From: Pelagibacteraceae bacterium AG-390-C22
GTDB taxonomy: Bacteria; Pseudomonadota; Alphaproteobacteria; Pelagibacterales; Pelagibacteraceae
DNA: 64,000 nt
Assembly (NCBI GenBank): GCA_003278125.1
Contig: QCGX01000007.1
Coordinates: forward strand, 418-64,417
Direction: 5' to 3'
Each line of letters opens with the position of its first letter. The stretch's first letter is position 1. The translations under genes were made by a program, and so were the position numbers. The notes beneath the pieces were generated by a model, which was given only the letters and a program-made list of their open reading frames with translations, was not told the DNA's origin and ran no database searches. Positions 21,218-30,503 of the stretch are shown piece after piece.

Positions 21218-23035
21218 TTACTCTACAGTGACAGATTTAGCTAAATTTCTTGGTTTATCTATATCGCAACCTTTTAATAAAGCAACATGATAAGCCAATA
21301 ACTGAACGGGTATGGTGAGCAGTATGGGAGAAAGTAAATTGTCTAGAGAAGGAACTCTAATACCAAATCTTATATTTTCATTAATTAATTCTTTTTTATG
21401 GTCTGTAATAAATAAAATCTTTCCTCCTCTTGCAATGACTTCTTGCATATTCGAAAGAGTTTTCTCAAAATATTTATCTTTTGGGGCTAATACAATTACT
21501 GGTAAACCTTCTTCGATTAGAGCTAAAGGCCCATGTTTCATTTCTCCTGCTGGATAACCCTCAGCGTGTAAATAAGACAGTTCTTTCAACTTCAGTGCTC
21601 CTTCGAGAGCAATTGGAAAGGATAGACCTCTTCCTAAAAACATAGATCCTTTTGCATCAAGGAATTCTTTTGCCATCGCTTGAATGCTGTTTTCTACTTT
21701 CAAACTTTTTTTGATTGCTTCTGGAAGAGTTTTTAAGTTTTTTATATTAGTTTGATAAGATGAGTTGCTTATATCTTTTCTGATTTGAGCTAATTTTAAA
21801 CATAAAATATAAAGAACTAACATTTGACCTAAAAAAGCTTTTGTTGACGCCACTCCAATCTCTGGACCCGCATGAATAGGAAGAACCCAATCAGAACTTC
21901 TTGCTATTGTGCTTTCTACAGAGTTCACAACAGAGCAAGTTTTTACCTTATTTTTTTTACATATATCTAATGCTGCTGCTGTATCAGCAGTTTCACCAGA
22001 TTGAGAAACAAAAACATATAAGTTGTTAGAGTTAAATTTTAATTTTCTGTATCTAAACTCTGAAGCTATATCAATTTCAACATCAATAGTTGTAAGTTCT
22101 TCAAACCAGTATTTTGCCACAAGGCATGAATGGTAAGCTGTCCCGCACCCTATTAAAATAATCTTATTAATTTTTTCTGGTTTAATTGGAAAATTATAAA
22201 TATTGATATCTTTTTTTAAACTATCAGTATATTCATTTATACAATTTTTTGCTGTAATTGATTGTTCAAATATCTCTTTTGACATAAAATTTTTATAATC
22301 GCCCTTATCACTAGTATTTTTATCATCAGATAAAATGTGTACTTTTTTATTAATTTTTTTTTTCTTTACATCATAAAATTCAACCTTGTCTTTAGATAGG
22401 ACACACAAGTCTCCATCATCTAAATAAGAAATTTTATTGGTCATAGATTTAAGTGCATAAGAGTCTGAGCCAAGATAATTTTCTATATTTGAATAACCTA
22501 CAGCTAGCGGACTTCCTCTTCGCGCTCCTATAATAATATTCTTATAGTTCTTAAAGATAATACCTAAAGCAAAACTTCCTTTTAATTGTTTAAGTGTATT
22601 AAAAACTGATTCTAAAGGTTTGTTGTCTTTTAGGGCTTCTGTAATTAATAGTGTTATAACTTCTGTATCTGTCTGAGATTTAAACTTTAAGCCTTTTGAC
22701 TCTAATTTTTTTTTTAATTCATCTGAATTTTCAATTATTCCATTATGAACTACTGATACAATTTCTGAAGAATGAGGATGAGCATTTAAAATGTTTGGCA
22801 CGCCATGTGTAGCCCATCTCACGTGACCAATGCCAAGATGTCCATTAGATGGAGATTTAAATAAAATTTTTTCTAACTCCTCTACTCTACCTGAACATTT
22901 TTTTTCACTTATTTCATCATTGTCTAGTGTAGCCAGACCAGCTGAGTCGTACCCTCTGTATTCTAGTTTTTTTAATGAATTTATAATATTCATTGAAACT
23001 GGTTTATTACTAGCTATTCCTATAATTCCACACAT
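21218..23035 (-). CDS. glmS: Glutamine--fructose-6-phosphate aminotransferase
   Basis: MCGIIG N-terminal nucleophile, two SIS domains, and the C-terminal KPRNLAKSVTVE. Confidence 0.97.
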   Translation of the reverse strand: MCGIIGIASNKPVSMNIINSLKKLEYRGYDSAGLATLDNDEISEKKCSGRVEELEKILFKSPSNGHLGIGHVRWATHGVPNILNAHPHSSEIVSVVHNGIIENSDELKKKLESKGLKFKSQTDTEVITLLITEALKDNKPLESVFNTLKQLKGSFALGIIFKNYKNIIIGARRGSPLAVGYSNIENYLGSDSYALKSMTNKISYLDDGDLCVLSKDKVEFYDVKKKKINKKVHILSDDKNTSDKGDYKNFMSKEIFEQSITAKNCINEYTDSLKKDINIYNFPIKPEKINKIILIGCGTAYHSCLVAKYWFEELTTIDVEIDIASEFRYRKLKFNSNNLYVFVSQSGETADTAAALDICKKNKVKTCSVVNSVESTIARSSDWVLPIHAGPEIGVASTKAFLGQMLVLYILCLKLAQIRKDISNSSYQTNIKNLKTLPEAIKKSLKVENSIQAMAKEFLDAKGSMFLGRGLSFPIALEGALKLKELSYLHAEGYPAGEMKHGPLALIEEGLPVIVLAPKDKYFEKTLSNMQEVIARGGKILFITDHKKELINENIRFGIRVPSLDNLLSPILLTIPVQLLAYHVALLKGCDIDKPRNLAKSVTVE

Positions 23036-23682
23036 TATTTTTTCTTTTTTCTTTTATAATTTTTAACATCAATTTGGGGTGATCTTGTGATCGCTAATGA
23101 ATTTTTTTTAACATTTCTAGTAATCACAGATCCTGCACCAATTGTAGAATTTTTTTCTAATTTAACAGGAGCTACTAAAGATGAATTAGAACCTACAAAA
23201 ACATTATCAGATATTTTGGTTTTATGTTTTTTAACTCCATCATAATTACAAGTTATTGTACCCGCTCCTATATTAGAATTTTTTCCTATTATTGTATCGC
23301 CAATATAGGAAAGATGATTTATTTTTGAGTTAGTGTTGATTGTCGCTTTTTTTGTTTCAACAAAATTTCCAATCTTAGCATTAGATTTTAAAATAGTGCC
23401 CGGTCTCAATCTTGCATATGGTCCTACTACTACATTCTTTTCAATTTTAGTTCCTTCGATGTGGGTAAAAGATTTTATATAAGCATTGTCTCCAATTTTT
23501 ACTTTTGAACCAATCACAACGTAGGGTTCAATAGTTACATTTTTTCCAAAAATAGTATCTTTAGATAAATAGATGCTTTCCGGCGCGATTAAATTTACTC
23601 CTTTTGAAAGAGCTTTATTTCTAAGTTTTTCCTGCACTGCTCTATAAGCATAAGCTTTTTTTAATTTATTATTTGTATTCAT
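23035..23682 (-). CDS. Glucosamine-1-phosphate N-acetyltransferase: stand-alone C-terminal (LbetaH) half of GlmU
   Basis: 215 aa. It starts in the helical arm that links the two GlmU domains and continues through hexapeptide repeats (NHLSYIGDTIIGKNSNIGAGTITCNYDG). No uridylyltransferase domain is present, and a divergent gene starts 70 bp upstream. Confidence 0.8.
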   Translation of the reverse strand: MNTNNKLKKAYAYRAVQEKLRNKALSKGVNLIAPESIYLSKDTIFGKNVTIEPYVVIGSKVKIGDNAYIKSFTHIEGTKIEKNVVVGPYARLRPGTILKSNAKIGNFVETKKATINTNSKINHLSYIGDTIIGKNSNIGAGTITCNYDGVKKHKTKISDNVFVGSNSSLVAPVKLEKNSTIGAGSVITRNVKKNSLAITRSPQIDVKNYKRKKKK

Positions 23683-23752
23683 AAAAATTTCTCTTTACAT
23701 TAATAATGCTTTTGAAATAAGTCACAAAATATTTCTTTTTAATACTTTAAAA

Positions 23753-24415
23753 ATGACTCAAATTTACACAATTCTTTTTGATTTAGACGGAACTTTAGTT
23801 GATACCGCTCCAGATTTGATGGATGCACATAACCATGTAATGAAAAAATTTGGACATAAAGAAAAAAAATTATCTGACATTAAATCTTTAGCAGGTAAAG
23901 GTGCTTGGGTAATGATGCAAAGATCCTTTAGGCAAGAAATAGAAAATGAAAAATTGAAAAAAGAAATGACTAAAGAGTTTGTTGATTTCTATTCTCAAAA
24001 TATTGATCGAGGTAGTAAGCCAATCAATGGTGTAATGGAATTTTTAAAATGGGCTAAAAGTAAAAATATTTCCATGGCCGTTTGCACTAATAAACAGGAG
24101 CGTCTGGCGGTTGATTTATTAAAAAAATTAAAAATGTATGATTATTTTGAATACATTGCTGGTTCAGATACTTTTTCATTCAATAAACCGGATCCTAGGC
24201 ATTTAACAAATGTAGTTGAAATCATTCAAGGTGATATAAAAAAAACAATAATGATTGGAGATAGTGAAGTTGATGGAAAATCAGCAGAGAATGCGAACAT
24301 ACCTTTTGTTTTAGTAAAAGATGGTTACACTGAAAAATCATCTGAAGAGATCAAACACGATGAGCTAATCAAAGATTTTAAAAATTTTGATAAAATAATT
24401 GAAAAATATTTATGA
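23753..24415 (+). CDS. gph: HAD-superfamily phosphatase (phosphoglycolate phosphatase-like)
   Basis: FDLDGTLVDT motif I, CTNK motif II, and GDSEVD motif IV. Confidence 0.75.
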   Translation: MTQIYTILFDLDGTLVDTAPDLMDAHNHVMKKFGHKEKKLSDIKSLAGKGAWVMMQRSFRQEIENEKLKKEMTKEFVDFYSQNIDRGSKPINGVMEFLKWAKSKNISMAVCTNKQERLAVDLLKKLKMYDYFEYIAGSDTFSFNKPDPRHLTNVVEIIQGDIKKTIMIGDSEVDGKSAENANIPFVLVKDGYTEKSSEEIKHDELIKDFKNFDKIIEKYL

Positions 24416-25011
24416 TAAATTTTGCTTTATTTTCTGCTTTATCAGCATTCTATTTTACAATGTTTATAACCCCGGGACCCAATAACGCAATGCTAACTAC
24501 TTCAGGAATGAAGTTTGGTTTTATTAAAACATTACCTCACCTAATAGGTATTCCTTTGGGCCATATATTTCAAATTGCTTTAGTATGCTTTGGTTTTGCA
24601 AACCTTTTTCTTATTTACCCTCAAATACAAGTTTATATGAAAATATTATGTTTCTTATATTTGCTTTATCTAAGTTGGAAAATGATTGGTTCTTTTAGTC
24701 TTGATAAAAAAGATTCAGGAAGACCTTTAAAATTTTATGAAGCATCACTCTTTCAATTTATAAATCCTAAAGCATGGTCTATCGCAATTGCTGTAGCATC
24801 AGGATTTTTTCCAACAGAGGAGAATATCTTTATTGGCATTTCATTTGTAACTATAACTGCTGCGATTATATGTTTTCCTTCTATAAGTTTGTGGGCTCTT
24901 TTTGGAAGTGGATTAAGAGCATTTATCAACAATGAAAAAATAAAAAAAATGACAGAATATTTTCTTGCTTTGCTATTAGTTTTAACTGGATTATTTATTT
25001 TAATTAAATAA
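24412..25011 (+). CDS. LysE/RhtB family amino-acid exporter
   Basis: 199 aa with six TM helices, an N-terminal TPGPNN motif and FINPKAW. ATGA overlap with gph. Confidence 0.8.
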   Translation: MINFALFSALSAFYFTMFITPGPNNAMLTTSGMKFGFIKTLPHLIGIPLGHIFQIALVCFGFANLFLIYPQIQVYMKILCFLYLLYLSWKMIGSFSLDKKDSGRPLKFYEASLFQFINPKAWSIAIAVASGFFPTEENIFIGISFVTITAAIICFPSISLWALFGSGLRAFINNEKIKKMTEYFLALLLVLTGLFILIK

Positions 25012-25052
25012 TCTTTGATTTTTGTACCCCCCTCTAATATAAGTCTGTTGAA

Positions 25053-25949
25053 ATGCATTTCACAAAAAAAAGCGCATTAGAAAAAAGATCAGATTTTGTA
25101 AAAAAATTACAATCTAAAAAGTTATTGAGATTTCCTGGCGCCTACAACCCTTTATGTGCAAAACTAATTTCTGAGATAGGTTTTGATGGAGTTTATATTT
25201 CAGGTGGAGTGATGTCCAACGATTTGGGTCTACCTGATATTGGCCTTACAACTTTAGATCATGTTAGTTATAGAGCTAATCAAATTAGTCGAGTCACTGA
25301 CTTACCTACCATAGTCGATGCCGATACTGGCTTTGGTGATTGTAAAAAAACAATATCTACATTTGAAAATAAGGGATTAGCTGGATGTCATATAGAAGAT
25401 CAAATAGCTGAAAAAAGATGCGGACATTTGGATAATAAGGAATTAATTACAAAAGAAGAGATGGTAAAAAAAATCAAAGAATCTGTTATCTCAAGAAATG
25501 ATAAAAATTTTTTAATTATTGTAAGAACTGATGCAAATACTGTTGAGGGAATCGACAAAACATTAGATAGAATTAAGGCTTACGAAGACGCTGGAGCGGA
25601 TATGATTTTTCCTGAGGCAATGAAAGATGAAAAAGAATTTGAAAAAGTAAGAAATATTTCAAAAGGATATTTATTAGCTAACATGACTGAATTTGGAAAA
25701 TCAAAGCTTTTAAATAAAAAAGAATTAGAAAATTTAGGTTATAATTTAGTTATTTATCCTGTCTCTACTCAAAGATTAGCAATGCAGAATGTTGAGGTGG
25801 GACTAAAATCAATATTTAAAGATGGAGACCAAAACAATATTATTAATAAAATGCAAACTAGAAAAAGGTTGTACGAATTAGTAGAATATGAGAAGTACAA
25901 TACCCCAGGGAAAAAAATTACAGATTTTTCAACTGAAGGGCATGAATAA
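25053..25949 (+). CDS. prpB: 2-methylisocitrate lyase (ICL/PEP mutase family)
   Basis: Family signature EDQIAEKRCGH, and DADTGFG. Adjacent to a citrate-synthase homologue. Confidence 0.8.
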   Translation: MHFTKKSALEKRSDFVKKLQSKKLLRFPGAYNPLCAKLISEIGFDGVYISGGVMSNDLGLPDIGLTTLDHVSYRANQISRVTDLPTIVDADTGFGDCKKTISTFENKGLAGCHIEDQIAEKRCGHLDNKELITKEEMVKKIKESVISRNDKNFLIIVRTDANTVEGIDKTLDRIKAYEDAGADMIFPEAMKDEKEFEKVRNISKGYLLANMTEFGKSKLLNKKELENLGYNLVIYPVSTQRLAMQNVEVGLKSIFKDGDQNNIINKMQTRKRLYELVEYEKYNTPGKKITDFSTEGHE

Positions 25950-27073
25950 TGAGTGAAGAAATAAAAAAAGGATTATTAGGAATTGTTGTTGATGAAACAA
26001 CAATTTCTCATGTTGTGCCCGAACTAAGTACCCTTACTTATCGAGGTTATACGGTACAAGAATTATGTGACAAATGTGATTTTGAAGAAGTCGCATACTT
26101 AGTTTTAAACGGCGACCTACCAAATAAAAAACAATTAAAAAAATTTATTAAAGAAGAAAGATCAGAAAGAAAACTGTCTAAACAAATTTTAAAGAACATT
26201 CAGTCTATGCCAAAAAATGCTCATCCCATGGATGTTATAAGAACTTGCGTTAGTTTGATGGCTCTAGAAGATAAAGACACTAAAGATAATTCTCCTAAAG
26301 CTAATATGAGAAAAACTATGAGAATTTTTGCTAAAACTCCTACAGCAGTTTCGGCTTATTTTAGATATAGAAAAGGTAAAAAAATCATTTCACCTAGTAA
26401 AAATTTATCATTTTCAGAGAACTTTTTCAAAATGATGTTTAATAAAGTACCAGATAAAGAAATTGTCAGGGCTTTTGATATATCTCTGATTTTATACGCG
26501 GAACATAGCTTCAACGTTTCAACTTTTACAGCTAGAACTATAACAAGTAGTTTATCAGATTTGCACGGAGCAATAACAGGTGCGATAGCTTCATTGAAGG
26601 GGCCATTACATGGCGGCGCTAATGAAGCTGTGATGCACATGATGAAAGAGATAGGGAAACCTGAAAAAGCTAAAGCTTGGATAGAAAATGCTTTAGCTAA
26701 GAAAAAAGTTGTAATGGGTTTTGGCCATAGAGTTTATAGAACTGGTGACTCAAGAGTTCCAACTATGAAACATTACATGTTTAAAGTTGCAAAACTTTTA
26801 AAAAAAGAAAAATACACTAAAATGTATGAAATTTTAGAGAAAGTAATGCTAGAAAGAAAAAACATACATCCTAATGTTGATTTCCCATGCGGCCCTACTT
26901 ATTACATGATGGGAATCGATATAGATTTTTATACTCCAATATTTGTAATGTCCCGAATTACTGGCTGGTCAGCTCATATCATGGAACAACATACTTCGAA
27001 TAAATTAATTAGGCCTTTATCTAAATATAAAGGAAAAGAAGTAAGAGAAGTAATGCTGTTAAACCAAAGATAA
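25949..27073 (+). CDS. prpC: 2-methylcitrate synthase / citrate synthase family
   Basis: GPLHGGANE and the citrate synthase signature GFGHRVYRTGDSR. 374 aa short type. TAATG overlap with prpB. Confidence 0.85.
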   Translation: MSEEIKKGLLGIVVDETTISHVVPELSTLTYRGYTVQELCDKCDFEEVAYLVLNGDLPNKKQLKKFIKEERSERKLSKQILKNIQSMPKNAHPMDVIRTCVSLMALEDKDTKDNSPKANMRKTMRIFAKTPTAVSAYFRYRKGKKIISPSKNLSFSENFFKMMFNKVPDKEIVRAFDISLILYAEHSFNVSTFTARTITSSLSDLHGAITGAIASLKGPLHGGANEAVMHMMKEIGKPEKAKAWIENALAKKKVVMGFGHRVYRTGDSRVPTMKHYMFKVAKLLKKEKYTKMYEILEKVMLERKNIHPNVDFPCGPTYYMMGIDIDFYTPIFVMSRITGWSAHIMEQHTSNKLIRPLSKYKGKEVREVMLLNQR

Positions 27074-28249
27074 ATGATTGACAAAATATTTTCTGAAACG
27101 ATAAAAATTTTATCTGATCTTATAAAATTTCAAACAACATCAGGTGCTTCGAATCTTGAGCTAATTAAATATTGTGAAAAAAAATTAGAAAAAGCTGGAG
27201 CAACATCCTTTAAAACTTTTAATGATTCCGGCTCTCAAGCTAATTTATTTTCGACAATTAAAGGTAAAGATAATTCTAATAATAAAGGAATTATCTTATC
27301 AGGACATACAGATGTAGTTCCTGCTGTATCTAGCGAATGGACTTCTGATCCTTATGTAGCTAGGGAAAAAGATAATAAAGTTTATGGTCGAGGAACATGT
27401 GATATGAAAGGTTTTATTGCTTGCACTTTAGCTGTTGCACCTTTATTTGCTTCTAAAAAACTAAAAGCACCAATACATTTTTCTTATACCTTTGATGAAG
27501 AAACTGGTTGTCTAGGAGCTCCATTAGTCTTGGCTGATTTAAAAAAAAGAAATATTAATTTCTCAGCCTGTATAATTGGAGAACCAACAAATATGAAAAC
27601 AATAAATGCCCATAAAGGTTACAATGAATACATAACTCATTTTACTGGCTTATCTGGACACGCTTCAAATCCTGAAAGTGGTGTTAGCGCTATAGAATAT
27701 GCGATTCAATACAGCAATAAGCTTTTAGAATTAAGAGATGAATTGAAAAAAAGAAACTCAAGGAAAACTATTTTTTCTCCATCATACTCTACTCTTCAAA
27801 TAGGAAAAATCTCTGGAGGATTAAGTGCAAATGTAATCGCAGATCAATGTTCTCTAGAATGGGAAGTAAGACCAATCAATAAAGAAGATGGTGAATTCAT
27901 CAGTAATAATATTGATGCTTATGCAAAAGATATTTTAATACCAAAAATAAAAAAGAATAATCCTAAAGGAGATATAAAGAAAGAAGTTGTCGGTGAAGTA
28001 GTTGGTTTCAATAAAAAAGAGTCGTCAGAGGCTGTAAATCTAGTTTGTAATCTTACCGGAGATAATGAAAAAAATACGATGTCATTTGGTACTGAGGCAG
28101 GTTTATTTCAGAACTCAGGAATTAGCACTGTCATTTGTGGGCCAGGATCTATTAAGCAAGCCCACACAGTGGACGAATATATCACGTTTGATCAATTAAA
28201 GAAGTGTCTTACTATGCTTGTTTCTCTTCAAGAGAAAATGACTAATTAA
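27074..28249 (+). CDS. M20 family deacylase (acetylornithine deacetylase ArgE-like)
   Basis: LSGHTDVVP, WTSDPY, GRGTCDMKG and GEPT motifs. Confidence 0.75.
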   Translation: MIDKIFSETIKILSDLIKFQTTSGASNLELIKYCEKKLEKAGATSFKTFNDSGSQANLFSTIKGKDNSNNKGIILSGHTDVVPAVSSEWTSDPYVAREKDNKVYGRGTCDMKGFIACTLAVAPLFASKKLKAPIHFSYTFDEETGCLGAPLVLADLKKRNINFSACIIGEPTNMKTINAHKGYNEYITHFTGLSGHASNPESGVSAIEYAIQYSNKLLELRDELKKRNSRKTIFSPSYSTLQIGKISGGLSANVIADQCSLEWEVRPINKEDGEFISNNIDAYAKDILIPKIKKNNPKGDIKKEVVGEVVGFNKKESSEAVNLVCNLTGDNEKNTMSFGTEAGLFQNSGISTVICGPGSIKQAHTVDEYITFDQLKKCLTMLVSLQEKMTN

Positions 28250-28268
28250 AGATCTTTAAAATATTGAT

Positions 28269-29009
28269 ATGAAAATATTCGTTGCTGTCCTTCTGTTGAT
28301 TAGTTCTTTTTCTACACTCTACGCTAATACAATCTTCTATTTAACTAAAATACCAAATTTAGAAATATATGATTTAAACTCTTCTAATAATATTAAATAT
28401 CTTACAGCAGAAAAAGCTTTTAGAGTAGGTTTTAGAGAAAATAATGTTCAATGTGATAAAACAGATAAAAACAATATCAAAAAGAAATTCGATCTCATTA
28501 AAAAAAATTTTGATATATATGATAAAAATTTTTTAAAAAAAATCAATCTTAAATATGTTGTGCTTTGTGAAGATTTAAAAGTTGCAGAGATTAAAACTGC
28601 TGGAGTCCCAAATCATAAAGTAAAAACATTAATTGTTGATATTAATTTTGATAAAAGATATTTTGAGAGATCAATCCACCATGAAATATTTCATATGATT
28701 GATGATAGCTATAAAGAATTATTCTCTTACGAAAAATGGGAAAAATTTAATACTCCTAAATTCAAATATGCTGAATGTTCTACGTGCACAAATAAATTAG
28801 ATTTATCCCTAAACAATGAGTCGAGGGGATTTCTAACAGAATATTCTATGTCTACTGCTTCAGAAGATATGGCTGAAATATTTTCATTTTTAATGACTGA
28901 CAGTGAAAATTTAGATAAAATTCTTTTAAAAGATACTATATTGAATAAAAAAACACTTTTTTTAAAAAGTGCAATTCTAAAAATTGATAATAATTTTAAA
29001 TTTAATTAA
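28269..29009 (+). CDS. Secreted hypothetical protein with an HExxH zinc-metallopeptidase-like motif
   Basis: N-terminal signal-like segment MKIFVAVLLLISSFSTLYA, and HHEIFHMID (HExxH) with a downstream SEDMAE. Confidence 0.45.
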   Translation: MKIFVAVLLLISSFSTLYANTIFYLTKIPNLEIYDLNSSNNIKYLTAEKAFRVGFRENNVQCDKTDKNNIKKKFDLIKKNFDIYDKNFLKKINLKYVVLCEDLKVAEIKTAGVPNHKVKTLIVDINFDKRYFERSIHHEIFHMIDDSYKELFSYEKWEKFNTPKFKYAECSTCTNKLDLSLNNESRGFLTEYSMSTASEDMAEIFSFLMTDSENLDKILLKDTILNKKTLFLKSAILKIDNNFKFN

Positions 29010-29657
29010 ATGATAGAAAAAGTTAAACAGACAACCTCTGAAAAGTTATTATTAGCTGTATTTATTATTCTAGGAATTGTTGCTTTTTATATTTTTTTAA
29101 TTTTACCTCAAAAATGTTTATTTATTAAGAGTTACGATCCACAAGAAATTCGTTTTGATAATCCAGAAAATATTGCAGTTCTAAATGTTAATTGTGGAAA
29201 TGTTATCATTAAACTTTATCCAGACATTTCCCCTAAATCAGTTGAAAGATTTAGAATGTTAATAAACTCAGGTAAATATAATAATATTGCTTTTCATAGA
29301 GTTGTAAAAAATGTCATCGTTCAAGCAGGAGATCTAGAGTTTGGGAGGAAAGATAATCTCAATTATCTTTATATAGGAACCGGAAAATCTGGATTTGGAA
29401 CTATTAAATCAGAACTCAATGATGAGATTGAATTTAGAGCAGGAACAGTTGGTATGGCGAGAACAAATAAACTTAATACTGAAGATAGTCAGTTTTTTAT
29501 TCTTCTTGAAGATGCTCCTTTATTTAAAGGAGAATATACTCCTATTGGCCAAGTTGTTTATGGTTTGGAAGTTTTAGATACAATTGCAGATGATTACAAA
29601 AGAGAATATGTCCTTCGACCTGATTTTATTAATAGCTTTAAATTGCTTATCGATTAA
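29010..29657 (+). CDS. Membrane-anchored cyclophilin-type peptidyl-prolyl isomerase
   Basis: One N-terminal TM helix, then a cyclophilin core (FHRVVKNVIVQAGD, GTVGMARTN, SQFFI). Confidence 0.85.
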   Translation: MIEKVKQTTSEKLLLAVFIILGIVAFYIFLILPQKCLFIKSYDPQEIRFDNPENIAVLNVNCGNVIIKLYPDISPKSVERFRMLINSGKYNNIAFHRVVKNVIVQAGDLEFGRKDNLNYLYIGTGKSGFGTIKSELNDEIEFRAGTVGMARTNKLNTEDSQFFILLEDAPLFKGEYTPIGQVVYGLEVLDTIADDYKREYVLRPDFINSFKLLID

Positions 29658-30501
29658 TTCCTCTTATTCTTTCTGACCTTCGTCTTAAAAGTTCTGCAGC
29701 AACTAGGACTAATGTAGAAAGTAAAATTAAACAAGTAGCAACTGATAATATGGTTGGACTTAATTGTTCCCTTAATCCCGTCCACATTTGAATTGGAATT
29801 GTTGTATTATCTAACCCAGCTAAAAATAAAACAATTACAACTTCATCAAATGAAGTTACGAAAGCAAATAATGCACCTGATATAACGCCTGGTAATATTA
29901 GTGGCAAAGTTATTTTCATGAAAGTATTTACAGGATTACTTCCTAAGCTTGCTGCGGCTCTTGTAACGCTATGATCAAACCCAGATAAAGTTGCTGTTAC
30001 AGTAATTACCACAAAAGGAGTTCCTAATATTATATGAGCTAAAACTATTCCAGTGTGTGTTGCTGCTAAGCCTGCTTTAGCCATAAAAAAGAAAATTGCT
30101 ACTCCTGAAATAATTAAAGGAACAATCATAGGAGAAATTAAAGTTGCCATAATAATTCCTTTGTAGGGCATATATCTACTGCTTAGTCCTAATGCTGCAA
30201 CTGTTCCAAGAATAACTGCTCCGATTGTCGCAAATATTGCTATAAAAAAACTATTTTTTGCTGCTAATCCCCAAGGATTCTTTGTTCCATAAACCATATC
30301 CTTGTACCATCTTAAAGAGAAAGCATCTGGGTCTAGCCTCTTCATTCCATCTGTTATTACTAAAAATTCTTCTGCATTAAACGATAATGGAAAAATTACA
30401 AACAAAGGAGCAATTAAAAAAAAGAATACACATCCGCAAATAAATAAATATATATAATGCCATACTCTATAATGTGGTTCTGTATATTTTGGTAAAGCCA
30501 T
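29647..30501 (-). CDS. ABC transporter permease (PotC/PotI-like)
   Basis: Six TM helices. EAA loop AAASLGSNPVNTFMKITLP. Confidence 0.85.
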   Translation of the reverse strand: MALPKYTEPHYRVWHYIYLFICGCVFFFLIAPLFVIFPLSFNAEEFLVITDGMKRLDPDAFSLRWYKDMVYGTKNPWGLAAKNSFFIAIFATIGAVILGTVAALGLSSRYMPYKGIIMATLISPMIVPLIISGVAIFFFMAKAGLAATHTGIVLAHIILGTPFVVITVTATLSGFDHSVTRAAASLGSNPVNTFMKITLPLILPGVISGALFAFVTSFDEVVIVLFLAGLDNTTIPIQMWTGLREQLSPTILSVATCLILLSTLVLVAAELLRRRSERIRGINR

Positions 30502-30503
30502 AA

